This document shows positions 37,501 through 50,253 of a stretch of DNA of 64,000 bases, in pieces. The notes under the pieces are model-generated. The model did not search any database. It was given only the letters and a program-made list of their open reading frames with translations, and was not told where the DNA came from. Made by a program: the position numbers and the translations under genes. Source of the stretch: Asterias rubens (Eukaryota); the NCBI RefSeq assembly GCF_902459465.1, contig NC_047065.1, positions 19,034,001 through 19,098,000 on the forward strand. Reading direction: 5' to 3'. Each line of letters begins with the position of its first letter. Position 1 is the stretch's first letter.

Positions 37501-40500
37501 TACGTCATTAACTTGCAAAGAGACCTGTAATAAAGAGTTATCATGTGGTCATCGGTGCAAAGATAAATGTGGCGTCCCCTGCAAATGCAAACTGAGAGTC
37601 AACAGAAAGCTTCCATCTTGTGAACATTCTGCTTGGCTCCCTTGCTACCAAGATGTCAACTCCTATCAATGTGTGAAGAAGTGTCAGAAAATGTTACCAT
37701 GTGGGCATCCATGTTCCAATACATGCTGTGAACCCTGCCCAAGGGATGGAGAAGACGCCCAAACTGAGAGCACTCGAAACTCACCAGCAAAGGCCTGTCA
37801 ACGCTCTGTGAGGAAGAAGTTTAGAGGCTGCCACCACAGTGTTGTACTCCCATGTTATAAAGACGTTGAGTCGGTCGTATGTGCAGAAAGGTGTACCAAA
37901 GTGTTGTCGTGTAGTCACAAATGTCCAAACCGATGTGGCGATCCATGTCCAAGTAGCAACCCTAAGAAGACAGACACTTACTGTGACTGGATTGATGATG
38001 GCAACAGTTCATCTGAACAAGATGACCTCTATGTCAGAAAATGCCAACAGATTGTGAACAAAAAGATACCTTCTTGCGGTCACGTCATAGAAAGTCAATG
38101 CTATAAAAGCGTTGAATCACTGGTATGCCCAAAGCCCTGTGAGAAGATTCTTCCATGTGGTCATCAATGCGAAAACAAATGTGGGGAGCCGTGCCCGAAC
38201 GAAGAATGTACATCCAGTGACGACGAAGAGGAAATGAATGAGAACGAATTTGTAAAACAGAGTTGTCAAGTCACCGTACACAAGCAGCTACCTGACTGTT
38301 TGCATTTTATGAATCTTCCGTGCTACAAGAAAGCAGAGTCCGTTGAATGTTCAAATACATGTGAGAAGATACTGAAGTGTGGTCACAAATGTCCAAACCG
38401 ATGTGGCGATCCATGTCCAAGTAGCAACCCTAAGAAGACAGACACTTACTGTGACTGGATTGATGATGGCAACAGTTCATCTGAACAAGATGACCTCTAT
38501 GTCAGAAAATGCCAACAGATTGTGAACAAAAAGATACCTTCTTGCGGTCACGTCATAGAAAGTCAATGCTATAAAAGCGTTGAATCACTGGTATGCCCAA
38601 AGCCCTGTGAGAAGATTCTTCCATGTGGTCATCAATGCGAAAACAAATGTGGGGAGCCGTGCCCGAACGAAGAATGTACATCCAGTGACGACGAAGAGGA
38701 AATGAATGAGAACGAATTTGTAAAACAGAGTTGTCAAGTCACCGTACACAAGCAGCTACCTGACTGTTTGCATTTTATGAATCTTCCGTGCTACAAGAAA
38801 GCAGAGTCCGTTGAATGTTCAAATACATGTGAGAAGATACTGAAGTGTGGTCACAAATGTCCAAACCGATGTGGCGATCCATGTCCAAGTAGCAACCCTA
38901 AGAAGACAGACACTTACTGTGACTGGATTGATGATGGCAACAGTTCATCTGAACAAGATGACCTCTATGTCAGAAAATGCCAACAGATTGTGAACAAAAA
39001 GATACCTTCTTGCGGTCACGTCATAGAAAGTCAATGCTATAAAAGCGTTGAATCACTGGTATGCCCAAAGCCCTGTGAGAAGATTCTTCCATGTGGTCAT
39101 CAATGCGAAAACAAATGTGGGGAGCCGTGCCCGAACGAAGAATGTACATCCAGTGACGACGAAGAGGAAATGAATGAGAACGAATTTGTAAAACAGAGTT
39201 GTCAAGTCACCGTACACAAGCAGCTACCTGACTGTTTGCATTTTATGAATCTTCCGTGCTACAAGAAAGCAGAGTCCGTTGAATGTTCAAATACATGTGA
39301 GAAGATACTGAAGTGTGGTCACAAATGTCCAAACCGATGTGGCGATCCATGTCCAAGTAGCAACCCTAAGAAGACAGACACTTACTGTGACTGGATTGAT
39401 GATGGCAACAGTTCATCTGAACAAGATGACCTCTATGTCAGAAAATGCCAACAGTTTGTGAACAAAAAGATACCTTCTTGCGGTCACGTCATAGAAAGTC
39501 CATGCTATAAAAGCGTTGAATCACTGGTATGCCCAAAGCCCTGTGAGAAGATTCTTCCATGTGGTCATCAATGCGAAAACAAATGTGGGGAGCCGTGCCC
39601 GAACGAAGAATGTACATCCAGTGACGACGAAGAGGAAATGAATGAGAACGAATTTGTAAAACAGAAATGCCAAGTCACCGTTTCCAAGCAGCTACCTGAC
39701 TGTTTGCATTTTATGAATCTTCCGTGCTACAAGAAAGCAGAGTCCGTTGAATGTTCAAATACATGTGAGAAGATACTGAAGTGTGGTCACAAATGTCCAA
39801 ACCGATGTGGCGATCCATGTCCAAGTAGCAACCCTAAGAAGACAGACACTTACTGTGACTGGATTGATGATGGCAACAGTTCATCTGAACAAGATGACCT
39901 CTATGTCAGAAAATGCCAACAGTTTGTGAACAAAAAGATACCTTCTTGCGGTCACGTCATAGAAAGTCAATGCTATAAAAGCGTTGAATCACTGGTATGC
40001 CCAAAGCCCTGTGAGAAGATTCTTCCATGTGGTCATCAATGCGAAAACAAATGTGGGGAGCCGTGCCCGAACGAAGAATGTACATCCAATGACGACGAAG
40101 AGGAAATGAATGAAAACGAATTTGTAAAACAGAAATGCCAAGTCACCGTTTCCAAGCAGCTACCTGACTGCTGGCATTTCATGAATCTTCCTTGCTACAA
40201 GAAAGCAGAGTCCGTTGAGTGTTCAAATACATGTGAGAAGATACTGAAGTGTGGTCACAAATGTCCAAACCGATGTGGCGATCCATGTCCAAGTAGCAAC
40301 CCTAAGAAGACAGACACTTGCTATGACTGGAATGATGATGGCAACAGTTCATCTGAGCAAGATGACCTCTATGTCAGAAAATGCCAACAGTTTGTGAACA
40401 AAAAGATACCTTCTTGCGGTCACGTCATAGAAAGTCAATGCTATAAAAGCGTTGAATCACTGGTATGCCCAAAGCCCTGTGAGAAGATTCTTCCATGTGG

Positions 40501-40974
40501 TCATCAATGCGAAAACAAATGTGGGGAGCCGTGCCCGAACGAAGAATGTACATCCAATGACGACGAAGAGGAAATGAATGAAAACGAATTTGTAAAACAG
40601 AAATGCCAAGTCACCGTTTCCAAGCAGCTACCTGACTGTTTGCATTTTATGAATCTTCCGTGCTACAAGAAAGCAGAGTCCGTTGATTGTTCAAATCCAT
40701 GTGAGAAGAAACTGAAGTGTGGTCACAAATGCCCAAATGAATGTGGTGAGACGTGTCTTGAGTCAGAACAGTGTGACGAGCTTGTGGAAAGGAACCTTCC
40801 TGGTTGTGGTCACAAAGTAAAAACAAACTGTAGCAGGAATGTTAAACTAATCACTTGCAGAGAGAAATGTGAAAAGGTTTTGCAGTGCGGTCATGTTATC
40901 AAATTAGCCTGCTGGAAAACATCTTATTCTGCAGCTATTACTATTTGTATGTTGTGTTTGTATGGAAATAAATG

Positions 40975-40978
<4 letters not shown>
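31580..40978 (+). CDS. ZNFX1: ZNFX1-like copy B, cassette-expanded and C-terminally truncated; exons 31580-32046, (32231-32329), 33133-40978 (~2803 aa)
   Basis: Same helicase motifs as A; six 468-bp cassettes; stop TGA at 40976-40978 inside a 62-bp insertion. All introns are phase 2 with GT-AG ends. Confidence 0.9.
32231..32329 (+). other. 99-bp in-frame candidate exon, a diverged duplicate of the 3' end of the preceding exon
   Basis: ctAG|ggcagagcgt...agcaatgg|GTAAGT, phase 2-2, open frame AERQGEGTTEQPRDTATISRYFFRRPGKPSSN. Confidence 0.65.
37916..40723 (+). repeat. Coding tandem repeat, 6 x 468 bp (6 x 156 aa)
   Basis: Unit starts at 37916, 38384, 38852, 39320, 39788, 40256 (exact 468 period). 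Units 1-3 encode identical peptides; units 4-6 carry variants. Confidence 0.97.

Positions 40979-41005
<27 letters not shown>
40944..41005 (+). mobile_element. 5'-truncated non-LTR retroelement (LINE/SINE 3' end) insertion, 62 bp
   Basis: Ends ...ggAATAAA-like (gaaataaatg) + (TTGA)n tail. Flanked by a direct repeat attctgcagctattacta (40926-40943, 41006-41023) that is single-copy in A. Confidence 0.85.
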
Positions 41006-41008
<3 letters not shown>

Positions 41009-41765
41009 CTGCAGCTATTACTAGTTGTCGGGAACCGTGCAGTCATTTACTTCGTTGTGGTCACAACTGTCCCGGTACATGTGGTTCCTGTGCAAGACCT
41101 GGAGGAGCACATAAAGTTTGCAATAACAAATGTGGAACTCCTTCTTTGTGGACATAGGTGCTCGGAAATGTGCTGTGATCATGAGCTCTGTTCACCACAC
41201 AAACTTTGCAATAGATTTTCACGGTTTCCCACAAAATCCACGAAGAGTTTCATATGTAAGCATCGGGGCAAAGGACTTACCACTTCTTGTAACCTTCCGT
41301 GCATCCAAAAGCTTCGTTGCAATCATATCTGTCTTGGTGTTTGTGGTGAACCCTGTCCTCCTGTTTGTCGTATGTGTCACAAAAAGGATGTCGCTGACAA
41401 ATATCCTCCGGGACCCATCCTTCCGAAGGAAACATTCATATACCTTGAAGACTGTGGACATCTTTGTGAAACACGGTTTCTTGATGAAATGTTTGCAGGT
41501 TTCCAGCCATCTGGAACAAGCTTTGTGCAGATCCAACCAGCTCTGTGCCCTAAATGCCATACACCAATTCGTACATGTCCACGTTATGAAGACGCCCTTC
41601 GCACAATCAAAGTCAGTAGACATAGCCAGAGAGAAATGTAACCAAGACCGATTTGTTAAGCTTTCTTTTGCTGTGGGTGGGTGGATGAGGTGTCCGGAAG
41701 GTCATGTTTTCTGTCAAGACAAAGCATCAGATGATTTACTTTGCCCTGATTGCTCTTCCTACTAG
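41006..41765 (+). pseudogene. ZNFX1: Disconnected C-terminal remnant of ZNFX1 copy B (RING-like and RZ-like fingers)
   Basis: Homologous to the 3' end of the copy A CDS (~20950-21722), with 2-bp deletions near 41140 (actc[gc]ctt) and 41612 (aaag[ag]tc). Confidence 0.85.
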
Positions 41766-43712
41766 CAATCAGAATCTTCAAGCGATGACATGAAATATTG
41801 TGAATGAGGACCAATGCAAACACTATGGGAAGCATACGTTTAATGACAGTGGACACTATTGGTAATTGTCAAAGACCAGTCTTTTCACTTGGTGTATATC
41901 AACACATGCATAAAATAACAAACCTGTGAGATTTGAGCTCAATCGGTTGTCGAAGTTGCGAGATAATAATGAAAGACAAAAACATTCGTCACACAAAGTT
42001 ATGTGCTTTCAGACGCTTGTTTTCGAGACTTAAAATTCTAAACTTGAGGTCTCGAAATCAAATTCGTGAAAAATTACTTCTTTCTCGAAAAATACTTCAC
42101 TTCAGACGGAGCTGTTTCACTGCCTTTAAAGCAAACTTACCAAGTAAATTTCCATGTTTACGTAGTTGTGAGCATGCGCACATTACCAAGAACATTTGAC
42201 TTTACCTGGTAAGTCTTTACTACCACCAAGCGTCCAAAAAGAAGGATGAAAATATCAATGTATCTCAGATATTGACTTACCATTTTTTAATAAAGGTTCA
42301 CATGATGATTCACCCGGTGGTGCAGGGTTCATGCAATGGATCACGTGATGGATCGTGAATGGGTCACGTGGTGAATCACGAGATGGTTCACGCGATTGTT
42401 CAGTGATGGTTCATGTTATTTCACGTTTTTTGGGACGGTTCGCGTTATAGTTAGGCTACGCGGGTGTATTTTTTAAACAACGTTGTAATGTGAGAAAAAT
42501 GTGTTGTAAAATCTGTGTTTTGAAAGTAAGCTTTAAAGGGAATGTACACTATTGGTAATTGTCAAAGACCCGTGTTCTCACTTGGTGTATCGAACTTGCG
42601 AAGTAATAGTGAAAGAAAAAACACACTTGTCACACAAAGTTGTGTGCGTTTGGATGGTTGATTTCGAGACCTCAAATTCTAATTCTATCTCGAAAACTAT
42701 GGCACTTCAGAGGGAGCCGTTTTTCACAATGTGTTATACCATCAACCTCTCCCCATTACTCGTCACCAAGAAAGATTTTATGATAATTTTTTTGAGTAAT
42801 TACCAATAGTGTCCACTGCCTTTAATGTGGTCATTTATTTGTAGCCGTCATAACTGGGTTAGAACTGATCCGGACTGCGGGGTCAGGAGGAAACCATGTT
42901 TGGTCAGGGTGACCCGGAAACTGGTCAAACATTGGGTTTTAATTTGGATTCTGCGCCTGATCCATTTATTGGTTGCGTTAACACAGATTCCGGGTCAATC
43001 TGATCCAGATCGGCTCAGGGAAGATATGAACAAAACAAATAAATATATTTTCAGTGCTTGCAGTGTTATCTATGCATTAACTACTCAAAATTAATGGTTT
43101 AAAGCTTATTAGTACATTGCTGTATATAAAGAAAACATGACAAAGTAAACATTATAGACCTATATATGGAAAACAATTGAACCGTAAGCTTTTAAATATT
43201 ATGTGGAATAAGCTATGTAAAGCAATTTGTGTTTTTATGGTTTACAATTTTGTGTTCGTAATGCGTTTAAAAGTACTGAATTATAACACTCAAACTGGAC
43301 CTGTTTAACGTAACATTTCATTATTACATAATATGAATATTACACGAAGAGCGACACATTATTGCGAACATTTTGTTCAGAACCTGGAGAGATTTATTGA
43401 ATTCCATGGAATTTTCTGTAGAATCAGAGAGAGCTAGCAGCCCTTGATAAGTTGTTAAGTTGATGACTGTTGAAAGATCACTTATGAAATCCCTAAATAT
43501 TTATGTGTCTCTATTACACGCTTTCTGTGAGTCCTTGATTTAACTTGCCGTATTATCAGTATTTTCATGACAGATTTCTTGGTGATTTCCAATACTTTTT
43601 ACTTAAAGTATTATACATCCTCGATGCAAATTTAATCTTTTAACATCTATTATTATCGTTGTGGTAGCCTTTGCCAAAACATGATTCGAACTGCCTCTAG
43701 CCACCGGGCAAT

Positions 43713-43785
43713 CTCGGTGCATGATCTAGTTTGGTAAGACACTGCTCTAGAGTTGCAAGGGTCGTTGGTTCGAATCCCACCCGAG
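43713..43785 (+). mobile_element. tRNA-derived SINE head, ortholog of 23845-23917
   Basis: Same A/B boxes (TGATCTAGTTTGG, GGTTCGAATCC). Confidence 0.7.
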
Positions 43786-45194
43786 TAATATGCCTGTGAT
43801 TTTTTTTTACCGAACAATGCTATAACACACATCGGTGTATAATGAGTAAAAACCAAAACTAATTGTAAAAGAAAATATCAGAACTATTACGCTTTTTGTA
43901 GTCCTATACGAAAGTTTAGTGTTGCTATGATTGTATGCATAATGCCGGCATGTATTACTTCATTGATTGTTTTGAGGGTATTATTAGTGTTTCAACACAG
44001 ATTTTGGTCGACAAAAATGTGTATCTGAATCCTTATACATTATAAGCATTATACACGGTGAATGTATGGCTTTATAAGCTGTGTTTCACGTTGTAATGGG
44101 CCAATAATTGTAAACACCAGAGGTTATTTCTTGCTGGATAGTTCAATTCAATCGGACAATGCATCAATGTGTTGAATGTTCTAGTGCATAAATTATTCTA
44201 TTGTTTGTAACACCGTAAACACAATGTCCACAGATTTACATTAAAATTACACCGCTTGAAAGATATTGATAGTAGAAAGCGTTCCTTAAAATATTACTTT
44301 TAAATTAGGTAAGACATGCAACATTTTCGTTTGTTGTTTAGTTTTCCCCTCACAAAACAAAGGTCAATTCTCGATATGCACATAAAACAAATCCTTTTAA
44401 AAATTTATTGTTGTAAGAGGGGGTTGGGGTCTAGGAGAAGTTCAAAAATAGCACCTCCCCGCAATTGAAGTTTTTTGAGACCAATATGCACTGACCTTAA
44501 CCCCTACTACTTATATTGATCTGATCGATGAAGATTGTGCACAGGTAAGGATACAAAAAAACATTAGATCCAGCAAACACGGCCATTAATTTGGTTGTGT
44601 GTAGCAGAGTCCAAGTAAAAGTCATCTGCCTTAAAAAATACAAATTTGAAGATTATTGATACTATAGGCTAATAAACTCCTCTCATAAAAAAAGTACACA
44701 AAATACCATTTGTATAGCCTCTTTCTCAATATCAACATGAAAATCTCAATAATATGAGATAATAGTTCAATGGGATTATGACAAACTCCAGCACTAAATA
44801 TCCCAAACGTTACCGGTCCATCGTTCGTTGAGCGCCAGACTTCACATTTTTTTCGGTAAGAAGCAATAGTAAAGTGCGCCCTCTTTTTAAGATAGGACTT
44901 TGCGGTTACACGTACCAAGCAAAGAGCAGTGACCAACGACTGATGCATGCGTGCGTGTGTTTTGATGCGCGAAGTGTGTGTCCTTCGATTTTCATAATTC
45001 GGTCGTTGCAAGTTTTTTTGTGGCCGTGTAAAACGAAGTGAAGGTGGATGTTACTCGAGAAGTGCCGTTAAAAAAGGGAAATTATACGCAGTTTTAGCCA
45101 TCAGACACATTCACGTGTTCAGTGTATTTGGATGAATATATCTCTACGTACTCATCGATACGAGCAGAAATGTATGGTGTTCCATAGAGGACAG

Positions 45195-47307
45195 TCTCCG
45201 TCGTAGTTGTGAGTTGTCCGTCGGAGTTGTGAGTTGGGCCGTCGGAGTTGTGAGTTGGGCCGTCGGAGTTGTGAGTTGTGCGTCGTAGTTGTGAGTTGGG
45301 CCGTCGGAGTTGTGAGTTGTGCGTCGGAGTTGTGGGTTGTCCGTCGGAGTTGTGGGCTGTCCGTCGTAGTTGTGAGTTGGGCCGTCGGAGTTGTGAGTTG
45401 GGCCGTCGGAGTTGTGGGTTGTCCGTCGGAGTTGTGAGTTGTGCGTTCTGGTTGTATTGTTAGTTGGGCACCGTGGTTGTGATTTGGGTATTTTGTGATT
45501 GTGAATTGGGCGTCGCGCATGGTTGTGGATTCATTGTCGTGGATGTGAGTTGGGCGTTGTGAGTTTGGCGGATTCTATGAAGTTGGGCGTCTTGCTTCTG
45601 AGTTGGGCTTCGTGATTTTTAGTTGGGCGTCGTGTGGGTTAATTGGGCGTCGTGTTGTTAATGTCCGCCGTAGTTGTGAGTTGGCCGTCGGAGTTGTGGG
45701 TTGTGCCGTCGTAGTTGTGAGTTGTCCGTCGGAGTTGTGAGTTGGCCGTCGGAGTTGTGGGTTGTCCGTCGTAGTTGTGAGTTGTCCGTCGGAGTTGTGA
45801 GTTGGGGCGTCGGAGTTGTGAGTTGGGCCGTCGGAGTTGTGAGTTGTGCGTCGTAGTTGTGAGTTGGGCCGTCGGAGTTGTGAGTTGTGCGTCGGAGTTG
45901 TGGGTTGTCCGTCGTAGTTGTGAGTTAGGCCGTCGGAGTTGTGAGTTGGGCCGTCGGAGTTGTGGGTTGTCCGTCGGAGTTGTGAGTTGTGCGTTCTGGT
46001 TGTATTGTTAGTTGGGCACCGTGGTTGTGATTTGGGTATTTTGTGATTGTGAATTGGGCGTCGCGTTATAGTTGGGCGTCGTGTGATTGTGAATTGGGCG
46101 TCGCGCATGGTTGTGGATTCATTGTCGTGGATGTGAGTTGGGCGTTGTGAGTTGGGCGTATTCTATGAAGTTGGGCGTCTTGCTTCTGAGTTGGGCTTCG
46201 TGATTTTTAGTTGGGCGTCGTGTGGGTTAATTGGGTTGGGCGTCGTGTTGTTAATGTCCGTCGTAGTTGTGAGTTGGCCGTCGGAGTTGTGGGTTGTGCC
46301 GTCGTAGTTGTGAGTTGGCCGTCGGAGTTGTGAGTTGGCCGTCGGAGTTGTGGGTTGTCCGTCGGAGTTATGAGTTGTGCCTTCGTAGTTGTGAGTTGTC
46401 CGTCGGAGTTGTGGGTTGTCCGTCGGAGTTGTGGGTTCTCCGTCGTAGTTGTGAGTTGTGCCGTCGTAGTTGTGAGTTGGGCCGTCGGAGTTGTGGGTTG
46501 TCCGTCGGAGTTGTGAGTTGGGCCGTCGGAGTTGTGAGTTGGCCGTCGCAGTTGTGAGTTGGCCGTCGTAGTTGTGAGTTGGCCGTCGGAGTTGTGAGTT
46601 GTGCCGTCGTAGTTGTGAGTTGGCCGTCGGAGTTGTGAGTTGTGCCGACGTAGTTGTGAGTTGTCCGTCGGAGTTGTGGGTTCTCCGTCGGAGTTGTGAG
46701 TTGGGCCGTCGGAGTTGTGAGTTGGCCGTCGTAGTTGTGAGTTGGCCGTCGTAGTTGTGAGTTGTCCGTCTGAGTTATGAGTTGTGCCGTCGTAGTTGTG
46801 AGTTGTCCGTCGGAGTTGTGGGTTCTCCGTCGTAGTTGTGAGTTGTGCCGTCGTAGTTGTGAGTTGGGCCGTCGGAGTTGTGGGTTGTCCGTCGGAGTTG
46901 TGAGTTGGGCCGTCGGAGTTGTGAGTTGGCCGTCGCAGTTGTGAGTTGGCCGTCGTAGTTGTGAGTTGGCCGTCGGAGTTGTGAGTTGTGCCGTCGTAGT
47001 TGTGAGTTGGCCGTCGGAGTTGTGAGTTGTGCCGACGTAGTTGTGAGTTGTCCGTCGGAGTTGTGGGTTCTCCGTCGGAGTTGTGAGTTGGGCCGTCGGA
47101 GTTGTGAGTTGGCCGTCGTAGTTGTGAGTTGGCCGTCGTAGTTGTGAGTTGTCCGTCTGAGTTATGAGTTGTGCCGTCGTAGTTGTGAGTTGTCCGTCGG
47201 AGTTGTGGGTTGTCCGTCGGAGTTGTGGGTTCTCCGTCGTAGTTGTGAGTTGTCCGTCGTAGTTGTGAGTTGGGCCGTCGGAGTTGTGAGTTGGCCGTCG
47301 TAGTTGT
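45195..47307 (+). repeat. Left arm: ~20-21-bp minisatellite (GTCGGAGTTGTGAGTTGGGCC-like) with higher-order blocks
   Basis: Tandem units visible directly. 387-bp higher-order period (ccgacgtag at 46645 and 47032) and a duplicated degenerate block near 45445 and 45990. Confidence 0.95.
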
Positions 47308-47817
47308 TAGGGGACACTCTTGAAAATAATGTTGCGGTACTATGCTTTTTAATTTGGACAAAACAAATAAATAGTTACATGCCAAATACATTTGCAAAAA
47401 CAAACAAACAATTTCCTGTTATCATGTCAACAGTCAAAAACCTTACCTCTAAAGATGTCAGAAATATGTTTATTGTTTGATTAGATGGGTTGTTGCGGCG
47501 CAAATTCAGTTTATGTGTAATCCGTCTTATTGTTCTGGTACTATAAATAATAATAATAATAACATAAAGGTAATATAAGATTGAAGGTGGTCTTCGAGGT
47601 CTTCATGCTCTCCTTATTAATTTATCATTGTATTGGGCACACTTTGTACATTCTCCAGCACACTCTTCTGAATCCAGGAATATCGCTAAAAACTGTTCAA
47701 TGCCTTTCTGTTGTTTGCCCTTATCTGAATTTGCCTCTTCTAGTAAATTGATGAGTACTTGGTCCTTATATATTATGTTCATAACGTTATTTACTGTAGC
47801 CGTTTGTCATGCTGGCA

Positions 47818-47890
47818 TTATAGTTGCTTTTATCAAGGAATCTGTATGTCATAATATGACATACAGATTCCTTGATAAAAGCAACTATAA
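47818..47890. repeat. Perfect palindrome, 35-bp arms, 3-nt loop
   Basis: ttatagttgcttttatcaaggaatctgtatgtcat-aat-atgacatacagattccttgataaaagcaactataa. Confidence 0.95.
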
Positions 47891-49813
47891 CGATATTATC
47901 GTTATGGACAGAAGTTAGGATCTTGTATTGTACATTATTGGTGTGATGATGGGTAATAAATGGGTCTATCATTTTTGGATTCTGTGTCCGATCTGTTCTA
48001 GGAAGCAAGAAAAGTGTGTTATTTCATGCATGGCACAATCGGGGAATTTCTGTGACTCTAGATGATGTAAGGTCTTCGTGGATTCTTGCTAGGTTTTTAT
48101 TTAAAAAGTAAAACGATACCCTCCAATAATGTGGAACAAAGCGTGGTATAAGTTTTGCCACATCAGTGTCAAAATTTCCATTCAGTGTCAGTTTTCATCA
48201 ACAAAATGCACATTAAACATTGCTATAATTAGGTTTGGCTGACAAATGAAAGCCTAATAATCATAAAATTCTAAAACATAAAATGTATAACGTATTTTTT
48301 AAAAGATGACCCTTATCATTCAACTTACCAACAGTTGATGTTATGTTGAAGGGACAAAATGCATCCTATCTCATCGTACGTATAACCCGCGTCAAAGTAG
48401 TGCCGCACCAATCCATCTCTTTTACATTCTGTTAAGTTATTTGACATCTATCCCGGGGATCCATAAGAAGTATAGTTTTTGTTTTTGTTTAAACAGCAAA
48501 TAAACCCAACAAGGATACAAGTCAATAAAACAAACTCACGGCATCGTCAGATTTATGTCTATTTGTTATTTGGAAGCACAGCTAGCATACACACAGGTCA
48601 CAGCTCGGGTATCAGGAAAATTTGCATAGTTCCGTTGGCCTATGCGTTCATGCGTTCGTATTTCCGTTTACAACAAACAACATATAAATTATTTCAAGTT
48701 AACCAATTAAAACACTATTCATCCATCCTAGTCAATCCAACTTACATAACACTTTCAAATACTAAAGTTTTAGTATGTGTTTGTGTTTATTTGTTTGTTT
48801 GTTTGTTTGGGTGTTTGTTTGTTAACCTGTTCGTTGAGTGAAATTGTTTGTCCTTTTGTCTCTTGGTTGGACTGACACACCTCTTGATGACAGTGCAGGC
48901 ACTATTGTCAGTCCTGGCAAACCTGTAGTGTTGATGTCTTTCTGTTGTCCTCGGTCGTGTTGTACTTTTTTTTTCTTTTTTCTTTTTTACTGCCTGCCAT
49001 CCTTTTTATATATCTTGATGTATCCCCCTTGTTACTGTTTTTCAATCCAGATGTATGTTTTTGTATAATTAATGTTTTAAAGAGTTTTTTCCTGTTCGTA
49101 TAAATTTTTGTAATTTTTTGTATTTGTTGTGAATTGCCAAATAATAATAATAATAATAATAAATAATAATAAAGGATGATTTGACCATCTTTGGACTAAT
49201 TTAATGATAGGCATACACTTTAAATGTTATTTAATTTTTATTTAATGTTAAATTGCTATCGGGATGTAAAAACATATAACGCTTTCATGGTGCCTTGAAC
49301 GAAACAGAAATTAGTGAAAGATTAATGCTAGTTCGTTCGTGCTGACTTGCCCTATATATACGTTCAAATTCAACACTTTAATGCTGTTCGTGATTAGTTT
49401 TAATATTCTTATACGGCCCGCATCCTACCTGCAGTTATTAAAGCTAGTTCGTTATAAGGCCCGCATCCTACCTGCAGTTATTAAAGAATATGTTACAATT
49501 CATAAACAAAATTTCGAAGGGGCGTAGGTAAATATAAAATATCAGATCTGCAACTGACAACATAGTGCTGTGCGAACAAAACATAGGCCTAATTTCCCAA
49601 TAAAAGCATCGAACACATGGGTCCATCCATTTCATGTAGGCATAGGCAAGCAAAAGCGACAGCTCAAAAGGATTTTGCCTTCTCGGTGACGAATCGATGG
49701 ATTCAGCAAGGTATAATTCATCACAATCGGAACTCAATCACATGTGTAGAACAACCCTGAAGTAGGCATACGCCACCAATTGGCCATTGCAGTTTAGTAA
49801 AAAAAATAAAAAG

Positions 49814-50253
49814 TCCGACGGCCAACTCACAACTCCGACGGCTCTACTCACAACTACGACGGACAACCCACAACTCCGACGGACAACTCACAACTACGAC
49901 GCACAACTCACAACTCCGACGGCCCAACTCACAACTCCGACGGACAACTCACAACTACGACGGACAACCCACAACTCCGACGGACAACTCACAACTACGA
50001 CGGACAACCCACAACTACGACGGACAACTCACAACTACGACGGACAACTCACAACTCCGACGGCCAAACTCACAACTACGACGCACACAACTCACAACTC
50101 CGACGGCCCAACTCATAACTACGACGAACAACTCACAACTCCGACGGGCCAACTCACAACTACGACGCACAACTCACAAATCCGACGGCCCAATTCACAA
50201 CTCAGACGCCCCAACTCACAACTCTGACGGACAACTCACAACTACGACGGAAG
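49814..50253 (-). repeat. Right arm: same minisatellite in inverted orientation
   Basis: Units ACAACTCACAACTCCGACGG are the reverse complement of the left-arm units. Confidence 0.95.

Noticed and set aside
37916-40723. CRISPR-like or satellite array
   Set aside because: No repeat-spacer alternation; these are full in-frame coding units in a eukaryotic exon.
45152-47403. Thr/Gln/Arg-rich ORFs up to 398 aa (also 49787-50227)
   Set aside because: They are translations of the non-coding minisatellite arms in several frames and both strands, with no domain or splice support.
49415-49486. 29-bp direct repeat ggcccgcatcctacctgcagttattaaag (43-bp period)
   Set aside because: Simple local duplication, two copies only, no associated structure.
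47310-49810. Captured gene fragments in the foldback core (e.g. minus-strand MNIIYKDQVLINLLEE..., exon-like 49641-49710)
   Set aside because: Short open stretches with no recognisable motif or consistent exon chain; a translated homology search would be needed.
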